Shown: in pieces, positions 47,678-57,322 of the stretch
Layout of the letters: each line of letters starts with the position of its first letter
Position numbering within the stretch: the first letter of the stretch is position 1
DNA from: Candidatus Brocadiia bacterium
Lineage (GTDB): Bacteria; Planctomycetota; Brocadiia; CAIUPP01
DNA length: 64,000 nt
Assembly (NCBI GenBank): GCA_050015075.1
Contig: JBEKCB010000017.1
Span: forward strand, 34,498 to 98,497
Direction of reading: 5' to 3'
Program-made: the position numbers and the translations under genes
The notes under the pieces: generated by a model
Database searches by the model: none
Told to the model about the DNA's origin: nothing
Seen by the model: only the letters and a program-made list of their open reading frames with translations

Positions 47678-49558
47678 TCATTTCTTCGCTTTAGCCAAGT
47701 GCTTAACCATGCGGTTGGCATCGGTCGAAATCTGCTCAAAGGCAAGGCGAGCGAGTTCGGATTGTCCGGCCATCTGAATACGCTCGTCGGCGATCTGCTG
47801 AACCTGCTTTAGGGTATCTGAGTTCCGGGATTGTAATGCGCCGTGTAGCGAAGCGAGAAGTCGGGCGGGGTCTCTCTCATGGCGACCTAGGGCTGCGAGA
47901 CTGGCTTGGCCCAGTGCGGGGCTAAAAGTCAACGACCAAAGATATTTCCGAAACCGGTTTATCTCCTCTTGCGGCTCCTGGATCGTCTCAGAAAACATCG
48001 AGTTCTTGACCCGCCCTGGAGCCTTCACGAACAGGGCGAGAATCGTCTTCTTAACGGCTGGGGAAGTTTCCTTTAAGTAACGCGCACGAAGCATTTTGAA
48101 GTCGCGGTCGTTAAATGGAAAAAGCATGAGGCTCAGCAGAGACTCAGCGCGTACGGCCCAATGATACGCACCGCCGCATCCCAATCGAATGAGTGGGCTT
48201 TTGTGCTTGGAACTCAGCACGCCTGAGCTGCGAAACATCGGCAGAAGGTAAAGATATTGCGCGTCGAAGAGTTCTTCTTCCCCCAGCAATGCCTTTTCCA
48301 CGCCAGCCTGCACCGACTTGCGGCCCATCCAGTTTGAAAGATACCGGGCAACTTTCTCTGTCAACGCAGGTTGCCTCCATATCCACTTGAGCGACTGCTT
48401 GACGGCCATCGGGGAATGGATACGCGATAGGAGTGTGAGCGTTCTCTTGAATAGACGAAGGTCTTCCTTTTCCATCTTTCGCTTGTAGGCTAGGTGCTTC
48501 TTGAAAACGGGTCGAACGGCGGAGATTGCCTCTTGCTTTTGCGCGCGCGTGATGTTGGCCGGGTCTTTAGGCAAGCCATCTATGATCTTCGTGACTTGGT
48601 CAACGCGCTCGTCATAAAGCCTTTTGCGTACCTCGTCACCTTCATAAATTTCGGTCTTGCTTGACTGCATATTTAAATGAAGGCGCCGCAGAATGCGGTT
48701 GATCATGAATATAACATACCGTGCCGTTTTCCGGTCCTTGGTAAAGACCTTTATATCATCCACGTAGCGGACGTACTTGATTAAACCTTTGCGTTGCAGT
48801 TTCAGAAGCTCGGCATCCATCTCTACGAGGTAGAGAGTGCCGAGCCAGCTTGAAATCTCGTTGCCTTGCGGAATTCCCCGCTGCGGTCGAAAGCCGGTCA
48901 ACGATGGTGTTGCCCAAAAAGAAAGCATCTCCATCAGGAGATTGATAAGGTGCAGTTGGTGCGGCGCATACTGCCGGAGAATATCGGCCAGTATCGGATG
49001 GCTTATATTCTCGAAATAGGCGCTGATGTCGGATTCGACCATTAAGGTGAATCCTTCCTTCTCGTAGATGCTCTGAGCCTCCTCTACAAACTCCGGCCAG
49101 GCTTCGTACCAGTCCTCAAAAATCCGAAGTTCTCGGCGCAGTTCCTTTCGGATTAGGACTGGCCCTTCGTTTTGGAAGAACTTGTCAGGATCTGGGCGCT
49201 TGCCCTTCTTCTTGACGCGAAAATGGAAAACGCTTTCAGGCAGGAAGCGGTCCATAAGGGGCGCAAGCAGATAAGCAATCCCGAAAAGAACTATGTGGTC
49301 TTCGATGTCGAGTGAGCTTCCGGGACGAACCGCCAAGCCGCTTTTCGGAACGTCGATTTCCTTTAGCGGTCGTGGCCGATACGTGCCGTTCTTGAGACCC
49401 TGGCCGAGTCTCTGCAGGTTATCCCGAAGGTTGAAGATGTAGTCCTGATTCCTGAAGGTATCAGGAATGAAGTCGTTCGTCTTGTCGTCGTGAACATAAT
49501 TCGCGGCGATCTTGAGAACCGTTGGATCACACAGTTTTCTGTAAAGGTCTCGGGTCAT
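47678..49558 (-). CDS. Reverse transcriptase, UG/Abi (DRT-like) type, with helical C-terminal domain
   Basis: IDVPKSG..RP, ESDISAYFENISH, RGIPQG, YVRYVDD, LNMQSSKT; about 320-aa HEAT-like tail; visibly lower GC than the flanks. Confidence 0.92.
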   Translation of the reverse strand: MTRDLYRKLCDPTVLKIAANYVHDDKTNDFIPDTFRNQDYIFNLRDNLQRLGQGLKNGTYRPRPLKEIDVPKSGLAVRPGSSLDIEDHIVLFGIAYLLAPLMDRFLPESVFHFRVKKKGKRPDPDKFFQNEGPVLIRKELRRELRIFEDWYEAWPEFVEEAQSIYEKEGFTLMVESDISAYFENISHPILADILRQYAPHQLHLINLLMEMLSFWATPSLTGFRPQRGIPQGNEISSWLGTLYLVEMDAELLKLQRKGLIKYVRYVDDIKVFTKDRKTARYVIFMINRILRRLHLNMQSSKTEIYEGDEVRKRLYDERVDQVTKIIDGLPKDPANITRAQKQEAISAVRPVFKKHLAYKRKMEKEDLRLFKRTLTLLSRIHSPMAVKQSLKWIWRQPALTEKVARYLSNWMGRKSVQAGVEKALLGEEELFDAQYLYLLPMFRSSGVLSSKHKSPLIRLGCGGAYHWAVRAESLLSLMLFPFNDRDFKMLRARYLKETSPAVKKTILALFVKAPGRVKNSMFSETIQEPQEEINRFRKYLWSLTFSPALGQASLAALGRHERDPARLLASLHGALQSRNSDTLKQVQQIADERIQMAGQSELARLAFEQISTDANRMVKHLAKAKK

Positions 49559-49564
49559 CTTTAA

Positions 49565-52039
49565 TCACCCCGTCTCCACATCCACCGCCTTAGCCGGACA
49601 GATCGCCGCGCAGGTGCCGCAGCGGATGCACTTGGTCTGGTCAATCTCGTGCTGCTCGTAGGGGCGCGGCTCGATGGCGTCTGCGGGGCATTGCTGGGCG
49701 CAGAGGGTGCACCAGAAGCAGCGGTCGGTGATCGTGTAGCGGATCAGCGCTCGGCAGCGCTTGGCGGGGCAGCGCTTTTCATGGAGATGCGCCTCGTACT
49801 CGTCGCGGAAATATTTCAGCGTGGTCCGGACCGGGTTCGGCGCGGTCTGCCCCAGGCCGCAGAGGCTGGTGCGGCGGATCTGCTCGCTGAGCTCTTCGAG
49901 CCGCTCGATGTCGCCGCCTTTCCCTTCACCCGCGCAGAGACGGTCGAGGATTTCCAGCATCCTTTTCGTTCCGATTCGGCAGAACGTGCACTTGCCGCAG
50001 GACTCGTTCTGCGTGAATTGCAGGAAGAAGCGCGCCATGTCCACCATGCACGCGGTGTCGTCCATCACGACCAGTCCGCCGGAGCCCATCATCGCGCCGA
50101 GCTTGGTCAGCTCCTCATAGTCAATGCGCGTGTCGCGCAGCGACGCGGGGATGCAGCCGCCGGACGGGCCGCCGATCTGGACGGCCTTGAACTTGCGTTC
50201 GTCGCGGATGCCGCCGCCGATATCCTCGACGATCTCGCCGATCGTGATGCCCATCGGCACCTCGATCAGCCCGCCGCGCACGACCTTGCCCGCGAGCGCG
50301 AAGACCTTGGTCCCCTTGCTCGTCGCCGTCCCGACCGCGGCGTACGCCTCGGCGCCGTGGCGGATGATCCACGGGACGTTCGCGTAGGTCTCCACGTTAT
50401 TCACGCTCGTCGGCATTCCCCAGAGGCCGGATTCGGCCGGGTAGGGCGGGCGGAAACGCGGCATGCCGCGCCGGCCTTCGAGCGAGGCGATCAGGCCGGT
50501 CTCCTCGCCGCAGACGAACGCGCCGGCGCCCTCCATGACGTGAAGCTTCACGTTGAAAGCGCCGGGATCGCCGTTCCCGAAATAGCCGCGTTCGGCGGCC
50601 TGGCGGATGGCCTCGCGCGCGCGGCGGACGGCGAGCGGATACTCGGCGCGGATGTAGAGGAACGCGTCGCCCGCGCCGACGGCGTAGGCGGCGATGGCGA
50701 GGCCCTCCAGGACGCGGTGCGGGTAGGACTCGAGCATCATGCGGTCCATGAACGCGCCGGGATCGCCCTCGTCGCCGTTCATGATGATGCACTTCTTCGG
50801 CGCGGCGTGTCTGCGGACGGCGGCCCACTTGGCGCCGGCCGGATAGCCCGCGCCGCCGCGGCCGCGGAGGCCGGAGTCCTTGATGATCTGGATGACCGCG
50901 TCGGGCGAAAGCTCGCGGAGGCACTTTTCGAGCGCCGCGTAGCCGCCGTGGGCGCGATATTCGTCAATGTCCAGCGGATCCATTTCGCCGCGCCCTTCGA
51001 GCACGATTTCCTTCTGCTTGGCGAGGAACGCGCGGACCGGGCCGCTCTCCGGGTCGAGCGAATAGCTGCGGGCCGGCTGCCACGAGGAGTCTGTTGTGAG
51101 CAGGTCGCCCGCGCGCCGCAGCGCCGACTGCGCCTGGCGCAGAATCCCCGCCGGCCGGAGTTGCTCCGCGAGGATGTTGCGGACGGCGGAGGGCTTCACA
51201 CCGGCGTAACGGGCTTGCCGGCCAGCGCGGGTGAACTCCACCAGCGGCACGCGATGGCACATGCCGATGCACGCGCCGCACTTCACGACGACGTCCTCGC
51301 CCATGGCGCGCAGCGTCGCGTCCAGGCGCTCCTTCACCTCGGCGCTGCCGCTGGCCATGCAGCACGAGCCCAACCCGATCCGAATCTCGACCGGCTCTTC
51401 CGCGCCGCGCCGCCTGCGCGGTGGACGGCGCTCCGGCGCGGCCTTCGAGCGCGCGCGCTCCTCTTCCTGGCGAAGGAACTTTTCCAGCACGCTCCCGGCG
51501 GTTTCGCCCGCGACGTGGCCGTAAACGCGGTCGTCAATGCGCACGACCGGCGCCAGCGAGCAGCACCCGAGGCAGGCGACTTTCTGCACGGTGAAAAGTT
51601 TGTCGGAGTCGGTGTCCGCCTCGCCTTCCAGCCGCAGGTGCCGCCGGACCGCCTCGGTGACTTTCTCCGCGCCGGCGACGTGGCACGCCGTGCCATGACA
51701 GACGCTGACCAGGTGCCGGCCGACCGGCATGCGGCGGAACTGCGAGTAGAACGTGGCGACGCCCTCGATCTGCGCCGGCGAAATCTCGGTGGTCTCGCAG
51801 ACGCGGATCAGCGCCGGCAGCGGCAGGTAATGATACTGCGCCTGCACGGCCTGAAGGATCGGCAGCGCGCAGCGGCGCTCGCGGCCGATTTCCGAGATGA
51901 TGCGATCCACGGCGGCGAGGTCGAGCGGTTCGGTCTCCGGAGGAGCGGCCATGGTGGACGAGGTGGACAACGGCATTGACGGCATGGACGAGGGCGATTG
52001 ATTGGGGCTCGGCGGCGTCGGGATTTGGGCTTTGCTCAT
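49565..52039 (-). CDS. Fused NuoE/NuoF (HydCB/StnAB-like) NADH-binding flavoprotein
   Basis: VCHGTACH, CLGCCSLAP, SCC..CIGMC, GLRGRGGAG, NGDEGDPG, FVCGEET, ESCGKCTFCR, C-terminal 2x[4Fe-4S]. Confidence 0.93.
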   Translation of the reverse strand: MSKAQIPTPPSPNQSPSSMPSMPLSTSSTMAAPPETEPLDLAAVDRIISEIGRERRCALPILQAVQAQYHYLPLPALIRVCETTEISPAQIEGVATFYSQFRRMPVGRHLVSVCHGTACHVAGAEKVTEAVRRHLRLEGEADTDSDKLFTVQKVACLGCCSLAPVVRIDDRVYGHVAGETAGSVLEKFLRQEEERARSKAAPERRPPRRRRGAEEPVEIRIGLGSCCMASGSAEVKERLDATLRAMGEDVVVKCGACIGMCHRVPLVEFTRAGRQARYAGVKPSAVRNILAEQLRPAGILRQAQSALRRAGDLLTTDSSWQPARSYSLDPESGPVRAFLAKQKEIVLEGRGEMDPLDIDEYRAHGGYAALEKCLRELSPDAVIQIIKDSGLRGRGGAGYPAGAKWAAVRRHAAPKKCIIMNGDEGDPGAFMDRMMLESYPHRVLEGLAIAAYAVGAGDAFLYIRAEYPLAVRRAREAIRQAAERGYFGNGDPGAFNVKLHVMEGAGAFVCGEETGLIASLEGRRGMPRFRPPYPAESGLWGMPTSVNNVETYANVPWIIRHGAEAYAAVGTATSKGTKVFALAGKVVRGGLIEVPMGITIGEIVEDIGGGIRDERKFKAVQIGGPSGGCIPASLRDTRIDYEELTKLGAMMGSGGLVVMDDTACMVDMARFFLQFTQNESCGKCTFCRIGTKRMLEILDRLCAGEGKGGDIERLEELSEQIRRTSLCGLGQTAPNPVRTTLKYFRDEYEAHLHEKRCPAKRCRALIRYTITDRCFWCTLCAQQCPADAIEPRPYEQHEIDQTKCIRCGTCAAICPAKAVDVETG

Positions 52040-53859
52040 GGCTTGTTCTCCGGCGCGCCGACGCAGAACAATGTCTTATCGCCGCGGAAAAAGATGCGGC
52101 CGTCGGCGAAGGCCGGCGTTGCCAGCAGCGGCTCGCCGAGTTTGCACGCGGTCACCGGGCCGAACTTCTCCGCCAGGTCGAAAAGGTATACGTTGCCGTC
52201 CTCGCTCGGGACATAGACGCGGTCGCCGGCGAGCGTGGGCGAGGCCCAGACCCGCCCGTCGAGCATCTCGCTCCAGAACAGCTTGCCGCTCTTCGCATCG
52301 AAGCAGGTCAGGAGGCCGCTGCTGTTGGCCTGGAGGAAAAACCGGCCGTCGCAGACCGGGCTCGGCGTGTCGGAGAGGCCTTCCTCGGCGGTCCAGACGA
52401 TGTTCGTCGCGGTCACGTCGCCCTGTTCGGCGGCGGCGGGGCGGATCGCGAAGACCTTGGCGTGATCGTTCGTGACGTAAACCAGCCCGTCGGCGAACGC
52501 GGGAGAGGCGGCGACGTCCTCCTTCATTCCGGCGCAGCGCCAGAGTTCCTTGCCGTTGTCCGGATCGTACGCGATGATCCACGGGCTGCCGTTGGCGACC
52601 AGCTCGGCGCGGCCGGCGACGGTGATGAGGATCGGCGTGCACCAGCAGCGGCGGACCGGCCGCGGCGCGCTCCAGACCGGCTTGCCGGTCTTCGCGTCCA
52701 GCGCCAGAAGGACGGACAATCCGTCGGCCGGCTCCATGCCGCGGTCGAACTGGACGATGACCTTGTCCTTATAGACGAGCAGGGAAGTGGCGCGGCCGTA
52801 GGAACTGTCCTGGGCGTCCTCCGGCTTTCCCAGGTTGCGCGCCCAGAGGACCCTGCCGTCGAAATCCACTGCCGCGATGTCGGCGCTGGCGAAGGTCACG
52901 TAGAGCCGCGCGCCGTCCGTCGCCGGCGTCGGCGAGGCGTAGCCGGTGACCGGCAGCGGCCTGATGTCCTCCGCCTTCACGTCGCCGCGCGCCGCGAAGA
53001 TCGGCGTTTGCCAGAGCAGCTTGCCCGAGGCGCGCGCGAAGCAGAAGGCTTCCTGCGTCTCGGCGTTCGCGCCCGTGAGGAACAGCCGGTCGCCCCAGAG
53101 GACGGGCGAGCTGTTGCCGGGCATCGGGACCGGGGTTTTCCAGATGATATTGTCGCCGGTCGCGGCGTCCCATTTCTGCGGCCAGTCGCCGGGCTTGACC
53201 AGGCCGTCGCCGTCGGGACCGCGGAATCTCGGCCAATTCTCCTTGAAGGCGCTCTCCACGGGCGATGATGTCGCGACGGACGGCGCGGCGGTTTGCGGCC
53301 CCGCCTGTCCGGCGAACGGCGCCGGCGGAATCGGCGGGCCGCCGGCGAGTCCGAAGATCAGCAATCCGGCGAGAACGGCGACGCTGACGACGGCCACGGC
53401 GATGATATTCCGCCGCCGCCGCGCGAGCCAGCGGTCTGCGTCCTCGCGCTCGGCCGGCAGCGTGGGACGCGGCGTCTTGCGCTCGAGCGAAATGTACCAC
53501 CGCGCGCAGAACACCGTGGCGGCCAGGCCGGCCAGCAGCAGGTACGCGCCGGTCGTAAGCCGGCGGCGGTGCGCGAAGAAATTCTGCCGCGCCTGCTGGT
53601 CCTCCTCGCGCAGCGCTTCCTTGAGGACCTCGTTGCTCGAATCCTGCGCCAGCGCGGCGCGGAGCATCAGGAGCGTCGGCGTCTCGGGCGGGACCGCTGG
53701 CTCCGCGAGGCGCGTGACGAGCATCACGCCCATGACGATGCCCGAGAACAGGGCGGTGGTCAGCAGCAGCGACACGGCGAGCGTGCGCAGGCGCCGCGCC
53801 TTTTCGGCCGCCGCCGGATCCGGTCGAGTCGGAGCGTCCTTCTGAGCGTTCTCGGTCAC
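52036..53859 (-). CDS. Membrane-anchored PQQ-like beta-propeller protein
   Basis: Three TM helices, then WPRFRGP and propeller repeats. Confidence 0.85.
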   Translation of the reverse strand: MTENAQKDAPTRPDPAAAEKARRLRTLAVSLLLTTALFSGIVMGVMLVTRLAEPAVPPETPTLLMLRAALAQDSSNEVLKEALREEDQQARQNFFAHRRRLTTGAYLLLAGLAATVFCARWYISLERKTPRPTLPAEREDADRWLARRRRNIIAVAVVSVAVLAGLLIFGLAGGPPIPPAPFAGQAGPQTAAPSVATSSPVESAFKENWPRFRGPDGDGLVKPGDWPQKWDAATGDNIIWKTPVPMPGNSSPVLWGDRLFLTGANAETQEAFCFARASGKLLWQTPIFAARGDVKAEDIRPLPVTGYASPTPATDGARLYVTFASADIAAVDFDGRVLWARNLGKPEDAQDSSYGRATSLLVYKDKVIVQFDRGMEPADGLSVLLALDAKTGKPVWSAPRPVRRCWCTPILITVAGRAELVANGSPWIIAYDPDNGKELWRCAGMKEDVAASPAFADGLVYVTNDHAKVFAIRPAAAEQGDVTATNIVWTAEEGLSDTPSPVCDGRFFLQANSSGLLTCFDAKSGKLFWSEMLDGRVWASPTLAGDRVYVPSEDGNVYLFDLAEKFGPVTACKLGEPLLATPAFADGRIFFRGDKTLFCVGAPENKP

Positions 53860-54314
53860 GGGCTTGCTTTCTCCGCGATGGTTGTGGCGGGTGCGCCGCC
53901 GGCGAGTTCCTTCAGCCGCAGTCTCTCGCGCGGGCAGGCCAGGAAGCAGCGCGCGCAGGAGACGCAGTAATCCTGGTCAATGTAGTAAATGCGCGAGCGC
54001 GGGATGCGCGTCTGCCCAAGCAACTGGACTCCCAGAGCCAGGCCGCAGAACGCGCCGAGCAGCGCGCTGCCGACGCGGAACCGCCGCTCGATTTGCGCCG
54101 CCTCGGCGTACAGTTCCGCCGCGGGGCGGTCCGTGGCGCGGAATGCTTCGCTTTCCAGCGTGCGCTCGTCCGTCCCGGTCGAATCCTCCAAGGCGATGCG
54201 CGCGGCGAGCTGAACGGTGAAGTTCTCCCGCGCGAAGAACGCGCCAGCGCGCCAGCCGAGCAGGGCGCCGATCGCGGCGGCGCAGAGAGTCGCCAGCCAG
54301 AACAGTTTCCTCAT
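53856..54314 (-). CDS. Membrane protein with C-terminal 4Fe-4S motif
   Basis: Two TM helices, CVSCARCFLACP; ATGA overlap with the upstream gene. Confidence 0.75.
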   Translation of the reverse strand: MRKLFWLATLCAAAIGALLGWRAGAFFARENFTVQLAARIALEDSTGTDERTLESEAFRATDRPAAELYAEAAQIERRFRVGSALLGAFCGLALGVQLLGQTRIPRSRIYYIDQDYCVSCARCFLACPRERLRLKELAGGAPATTIAEKASP

Positions 54315-55168
54315 TCTTCGCCCGCCACGGATTCCGGCGTCGGCTTGCGGATGGCGCCGAAGGGACATTCGCCTTCGCACAGGCTGCACACGACGCATTG
54401 ATCGGGCGTGATGGTCGCGTGCCGCCATGCGACCCGCGAGCACAGGCCGAGCAGCACGCGATACGGGCACGCGAACCGGCAGTACGGCCGCCCGACGAAG
54501 AGAGACACGAGCAGGACGATTGCGCCCACGACCAGCATATAGAATTGGCCGCCGAGCCGGAAGAAGGCGACGAACGGGTCGTAACGACAGATGAGGAACA
54601 CCGTGTCGAGCCACGCGAAGAGCACCGCCGCGCCGAGGTAAACCACCGGGAACACGGCCAGCGCTTTCTGCAGCGGCATCGGAACGGTCACCGGCCGGAT
54701 GAGGACCAGGTCCTGGATTGCGCCAAGCGGGCAGACTCCGCCGCAGAAGACGCGCCCGAAGACCAGCGCGAACGCGAGCGGCAGCGCGAAGAACAGCACG
54801 GCGGAGGCCGGCACCGCGTACCGGCTGCTCGCCAGGGCCAGCGTCACGTTCTCGATCGCGCCGATCGGGCAGATGCAGCCGCCGCGATAGAAGCCGAAGT
54901 AGGCCAGCGAGAAAATCGAGAGGGCCAGCATTCCGTTGCGGCTGCGTTTCTTCAGCGCCAGCCACGCGGCGACGGAGAGCGCCGCGGCAAGGACGGCGAC
55001 GTCCGCGGCGTCGCGCCAGAACGCGCGCGCGTCCGGATAAGCCGCCTTCGGCAACTGGTATCCCGATTCGAAGTCCGGCGGCGGAAAGCGCGGCGCGGCC
55101 CAAGCGACGGCGCCGGCGGCCAGCCACGCGACAATGACGGAGAGGATTGCGATGGAACGTAGTCTCAT
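54311..55168 (-). CDS. NapH/NosR-like membrane polyferredoxin
   Basis: CICPIG, GRVFCGGVCPLG, RPYCRFACP, CVVCSLCEGECP. Confidence 0.85.
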   Translation of the reverse strand: MRLRSIAILSVIVAWLAAGAVAWAAPRFPPPDFESGYQLPKAAYPDARAFWRDAADVAVLAAALSVAAWLALKKRSRNGMLALSIFSLAYFGFYRGGCICPIGAIENVTLALASSRYAVPASAVLFFALPLAFALVFGRVFCGGVCPLGAIQDLVLIRPVTVPMPLQKALAVFPVVYLGAAVLFAWLDTVFLICRYDPFVAFFRLGGQFYMLVVGAIVLLVSLFVGRPYCRFACPYRVLLGLCSRVAWRHATITPDQCVVCSLCEGECPFGAIRKPTPESVAGEE

Positions 55169-55764
55169 ATGTTCTTCAATTGCTCCGGCCCGAGTTGCTT
55201 GATGACGTAGGGCCTGTCAATCGGCATCCGGATGAACGCGTCGGCCGGGCAGGCGGCGGCGATCGAGCACTCGTTGCAGTTCAGGCACCGGTCGTGGCGC
55301 ACCTGCAGGCACAACGAGCCGTTGCCGAACGTGCCGCATCCCTTGACGCACTTTCCGCAGGCGTTGCAGAGCGGCTCGTCAATCGTGTACTGGTGATACG
55401 GGTCCTGGACGAACGCGCGGCGGATGGCGCCGGTGGGGCACATCTGGTTCTCCGCGCCGGTGTCGAGCGCGGGCGGATTGGTCTGGAAGAACCCGAAGCA
55501 CAGTTTACAGTAGCCGCACATCGGGAAGTTGTGGACGCACTTCGCCGCCGAGAGGTCGAGCACGCAGCTTGTCTGGCAGAGCCCGCACGCCGTGCACTTC
55601 CACGGGTCAATCTGCCAGACGGTCCTTTTGCGGCGCGAACGTCCGCTGAGCGCGCCGAGGACGCCGCCGAGCGCCACGAGCGCCGCGCCACGCCCGACGC
55701 CGGCCAGGAACGCGCGGCGCGTCGTCTTGTGTTGCGGCCGATAGGCCGGGTCGTTCAGGTCCAT
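55165..55764 (-). CDS. Tat-motif multi-[4Fe-4S] ferredoxin (NapG/RnfB-like)
   Basis: TRRAFL, CTACGLCQTSC, CGYCKLC, CNACGKCVKGC, CLNCNEC...CP. Confidence 0.85.
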   Translation of the reverse strand: MDLNDPAYRPQHKTTRRAFLAGVGRGAALVALGGVLGALSGRSRRKRTVWQIDPWKCTACGLCQTSCVLDLSAAKCVHNFPMCGYCKLCFGFFQTNPPALDTGAENQMCPTGAIRRAFVQDPYHQYTIDEPLCNACGKCVKGCGTFGNGSLCLQVRHDRCLNCNECSIAAACPADAFIRMPIDRPYVIKQLGPEQLKNI

Positions 55765-55809
55765 CGTACTTCAACTCCACTCAACGAATCACGGAAAACG
55801 AACGACAAC

Positions 55810-55976
55810 TTTTGATCGCGAAAGCGCGAAAGCGCGAAAAACGGCGACGGAAAACGAGTTTTGGAACCACAGATGTACACAGATGCAAGCAGTTACAAAA
55901 CTTCGTATCTGTGTTCATCTGTGTCCATCTGTGCTTTAAATTTGTTTTTCGCGCTTTCGCGTTTTCGCGGTCAAAA
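55810..55976. repeat. Nested palindromic repeat elements
   Basis: Outer arms ttttgatcgcgaaagcgcgaaagcgcgaaaa / ttttcgcgctttcgcgttttcgcggtcaaaa; inner arms cacagatgtacacagatg / catctgtgtccatctgtg. Confidence 0.75.
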
Positions 55977-56004
55977 CATTCGCTGTTTCGCGTTGCCGTG
56001 GTCA

Positions 56005-56277
56005 TCATGGATCTACGCAGAGTCTCCGCGGCGGAATGTCGCGCGCTGGATTTTCGGTCCGCGCGCGAGGGCCGAGCGCGTCCCGCGCCTGGAGACTGTC
56101 CGCCTGAGAGCACGACGAAAGCGCCGGGCAACGCTCGCAGGGAAAGCGCGGCCTCGCTCCGTCCGGCCCTTGGCCGCCGGACTTGCCCGTCGCGATCCAT
56201 GCGATTGCGCCCAGGCCGAACAGCGCGGCCGTGCGCGCGGCCGTGCGGAGGAACTCGCGTCTGGTCTGACCTGCCAT
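56005..56277 (-). CDS. Small Tat-motif Cys-containing protein
   Basis: TRREFL, hydrophobic stretch, CERC...C. Confidence 0.6.
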   Translation of the reverse strand: MAGQTRREFLRTAARTAALFGLGAIAWIATGKSGGQGPDGARPRFPCERCPALSSCSQADSLQARDALGPRARTENPARDIPPRRLCVDP

Positions 56278-56305
56278 GACTCTCTCCGCTCTGTGGCGGC
56301 CTCCG

Positions 56306-57322
56306 TCACTTCTGCTGCTGAAAGACGCGGACGTTTGCGTCGCCCGGGTCCAGGACGAACAACCGTCCCTCTGAGTCAATCGCCAGGCCGAGCCCGGCGG
56401 CTTCCTTCGTGAAATGCTCCGGGCCGATGAACGCCCGCATTTCGCCCTTCGCGTCGTAGACCTTCACGCGCGGGGTGATTTTCTCCGCGGTCGCAACGCG
56501 CCCGTCGCCGAACAACGCCACGGCCGTCGGATTGCAGCAGCCGGAGAATTGCTGCGGCAGCGCGCCGCCTTCGCCCCAGAAGCCGAGCAGCTTGCCGTCG
56601 AGGCTGTAGCGTTCCACGCGCGTCATCCCAGGGTTCGTGACGTAAATCACGCCGGCCTTGTCCACCGCAAGGCCGCAGTAGGGGCTCGGACAGACCAGCC
56701 CATCCAGCTTGGCCTCCGGGTCGCGCTTGCCGATGTCCGCAATGAAGTCGCCGGTCGTGTCGAACCGGTGGATGCACCGGTTGCCGGCGTCGGCAACGAG
56801 GACGTTCGACTGGAAGACGGCGATGCCGGTCACCCAGTCCAGTTCGCCGGGTCCGCGGCCTTCCTTTCCCCAGGAGCGCAGCCGCTTGCCCCCGCGGTCG
56901 AGCACCTCGACACTGGTTTGCTGTCCGATATAGACGTTTCCGTCGTCGTCCAGCGCGATGCAGGTCGCCGGACCGGAGGTCTGCCATTCGCTTTCGCGCA
57001 CGCGGCCGCGGCCGCGCCTCCAGACTAAGACGCCGCCGTCGCCGGCCGCGTAGAGTTCGTCGTGCGCGCTCAGCGCGATGCCTTTCAACTTCCCGAACCC
57101 GGGATCAACGCTGGCCAGAAGATCAAGGGTTCCGATGAGCTCATACTTCTCGGCCGTGTTCACCGGCGCAGGCACTGCTGCGATCGGTGCTGTCGCCGGC
57201 TTTGACTGGACCGCGACGACAGGGCGTGAGGGCGGTAAGGGAACCGGGAGGAAGGCGATGATAACGGCGACGATAAGAATGAGGACGCCTATTACGATCA
57301 GAGTCAGCCGCCGTCTGCTCAT
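56306..57322 (-). CDS. NHL-repeat beta-propeller protein
   Basis: N-terminal TM helix, VADAGNRCI, YVTNPG, FSGCCNP. Confidence 0.85.
   Translation of the reverse strand: MSRRRLTLIVIGVLILIVAVIIAFLPVPLPPSRPVVAVQSKPATAPIAAVPAPVNTAEKYELIGTLDLLASVDPGFGKLKGIALSAHDELYAAGDGGVLVWRRGRGRVRESEWQTSGPATCIALDDDGNVYIGQQTSVEVLDRGGKRLRSWGKEGRGPGELDWVTGIAVFQSNVLVADAGNRCIHRFDTTGDFIADIGKRDPEAKLDGLVCPSPYCGLAVDKAGVIYVTNPGMTRVERYSLDGKLLGFWGEGGALPQQFSGCCNPTAVALFGDGRVATAEKITPRVKVYDAKGEMRAFIGPEHFTKEAAGLGLAIDSEGRLFVLDPGDANVRVFQQQK

Noticed and set aside
47160-49558. Group II intron, retron or DGR interpretation of the RT
   Set aside because: No GTGCG...AY ends, domain V hairpin, X/En domain, VTG retron motif, upstream msr-msd space (only 6 bp) or adenine-variant TR/VR pair was seen.
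45138-52039. [FeFe]-hydrogenase, formate dehydrogenase or complex I call
   Set aside because: No H-cluster motifs, molybdopterin domain or membrane Nuo subunits are present.
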